DNA from: Torpedo marmorata
Lineage: Eukaryota
Assembly: GCA_977017645.1 (NCBI GenBank)
Contig: OZ360236.1
Span: 35,092,001 to 35,156,000, forward strand
DNA length: 64,000 nucleotides
Reading direction: 5' to 3'
Below, piece by piece: positions 62,870 to 64,000 of this stretch. Made by a program: the position numbers and the translations under genes. How positions within the stretch are numbered: the first letter of the stretch is position 1; each line of letters opens with the position of its first letter. Below the pieces are notes generated by a model that saw only the letters and a list, made by a program, of their open reading frames with translations, had not been told where the DNA came from and did no database searches.

Positions 62870-64000
62870 ATTTGAGTTCATTGTCAATGTACAAGTGCAC
62901 CAAAATCCTTATTGTTGCAGCCAAACAGGGACATCAGATACACTAATTAGAAAAGTAAAAATCTAAATTGCTGCAAATGCGAAGACAGAATAAAGAGATC
63001 ATAAATATCAAAGAATAGATAAGTAAATATTCACAGTTGCAATTGAGAAGAAGAAAAAGTTGTGACGTTTCAGTAGTGCAGACATATCTTTTAGTGGTCC
63101 TGGAGTAGTTTCTGGTTAGGGTTCGGTAGAATGGGGAGATTCAAGAGCCTGATAGCTGTTGGTAAAATAAAAATTGTTCTTGAAACTGGAGGTCCTGGAC
63201 TTCAGGCTTCTGCACCTTTTGGCTGAAAGGAGCAGTGAGAAGGGATTGTGACCAGGGTGATGGGGGTGTTTTATAATGTCGGCAGTTCTCTAGAGGCAGC
63301 GCCTCACATAGATGCTTTCAATAGATGGGAGGTCAGTGGCTGTGATGGACCTAGCTCGCTTTGTATTCCTGGGAATTTGAATTTCCAAACCAGGCCATGA
63401 TGCCACCAATCAGTATATATTGTAAAGCAGTGGTTTTCAAACTGCCCCCCTAAACTCACATTCCACTTTAAGGAATCCCTATGCCATTGGTGCTCTGTGA
63501 TTAGTAAGGGATTGCTTAAGATGGTATGTGAGTGGAAAGAAAAAGTTTGAAAACCACTGTTTTAATCGTACCAAATTGACTCGTTATGTGCACGGTTTCA
63601 TAACTCCAAAGGAAATGGGCCAATGACAATTTTTCTCAAGCAATATATTTCAGTAACAATTGGGTCTAGAGCAATGGTTCTCAACCTTCCCTTCCCACTC
63701 ACATTCCACCTTAAGTAATCCCTCACTAATCACAGAGCACTAATGGCATAGGGATTGCTTAAGGTGGAATGTGAGTTTAGGGGGGCAGTTTGAAAACCAC
63801 TGTTGTAAAGTGTACCAGTAGAAGTTCAATAGTATTCGATGGCATACCAAATCTCCTCAGACTTCTTAGAAAGTAGAAGCATTGCTGTGCTTTCTTCACA
63901 GTTGCCTCGATGTGCCAGTTCCAAAAGAGGTCCTCCGATATGTGGTCTCCCACTAACTTGAAGGTACTAACCCTCTCCACCACCATTTTGTCAATGAAGA
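62870..64000 (-). mobile_element. Rex1/Babar 3' portion (runs off the window), interrupted by a hAT MITE
   Basis: Peptide VERVSTFKLVG.HISEDL.W..HIEATVKKAQQ.FYFLRSLRRFGM; TGACAATGAACTC tail at ~62875. Confidence 0.8.
63428..63802. mobile_element. Composite palindromic hAT MITE
   Basis: TIRs CAGTGGTTTTCAAACTGCCCCC and a perfect 8-bp TSD TTGTAAAG (63420-63427, 63803-63810). Internal TIR-like ends at ~63559 and ~63672. Confidence 0.9.

Overview
Intergenic vertebrate DNA, most likely from a cartilaginous fish (shark/ray). This assignment is inferred from the repeat complement: V-SINEs of HE1 type, CR1, Rex1/Babar, Penelope and Deu-domain SINE relics. No host protein-coding gene is supported; every long ORF with recognisable homology is a transposable-element fragment. 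The functional centre is a miR-124 precursor on the minus strand (~40720-40803) with perfect mature arms and correctly placed UG and CNNC motifs. It sits in a ~15 kb domain (~35-50.5 kb) that retains CpGs and has few transposons. That domain also holds a CRE/CCAAT/K50-homeodomain promoter candidate (~41.6 kb), a short GT-AG intron candidate and two REST/RE1-like sites. The flanks are dense, nested repeats: L1, CR1, Rex1/Babar, Penelope (one with inverted terminal repeats and hammerhead-like cores), LTR relics, a Chapaev3-like DNA transposon interrupted by a palindrome-bearing MITE, and pogo and hAT MITEs. Two short retroposon families, one 5S rRNA-headed and one GC-rich, share the same 3' tail. 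All family names come from motif recognition by eye; no database search was run. I found no convincing wholly new system; the best leads are listed as findings.
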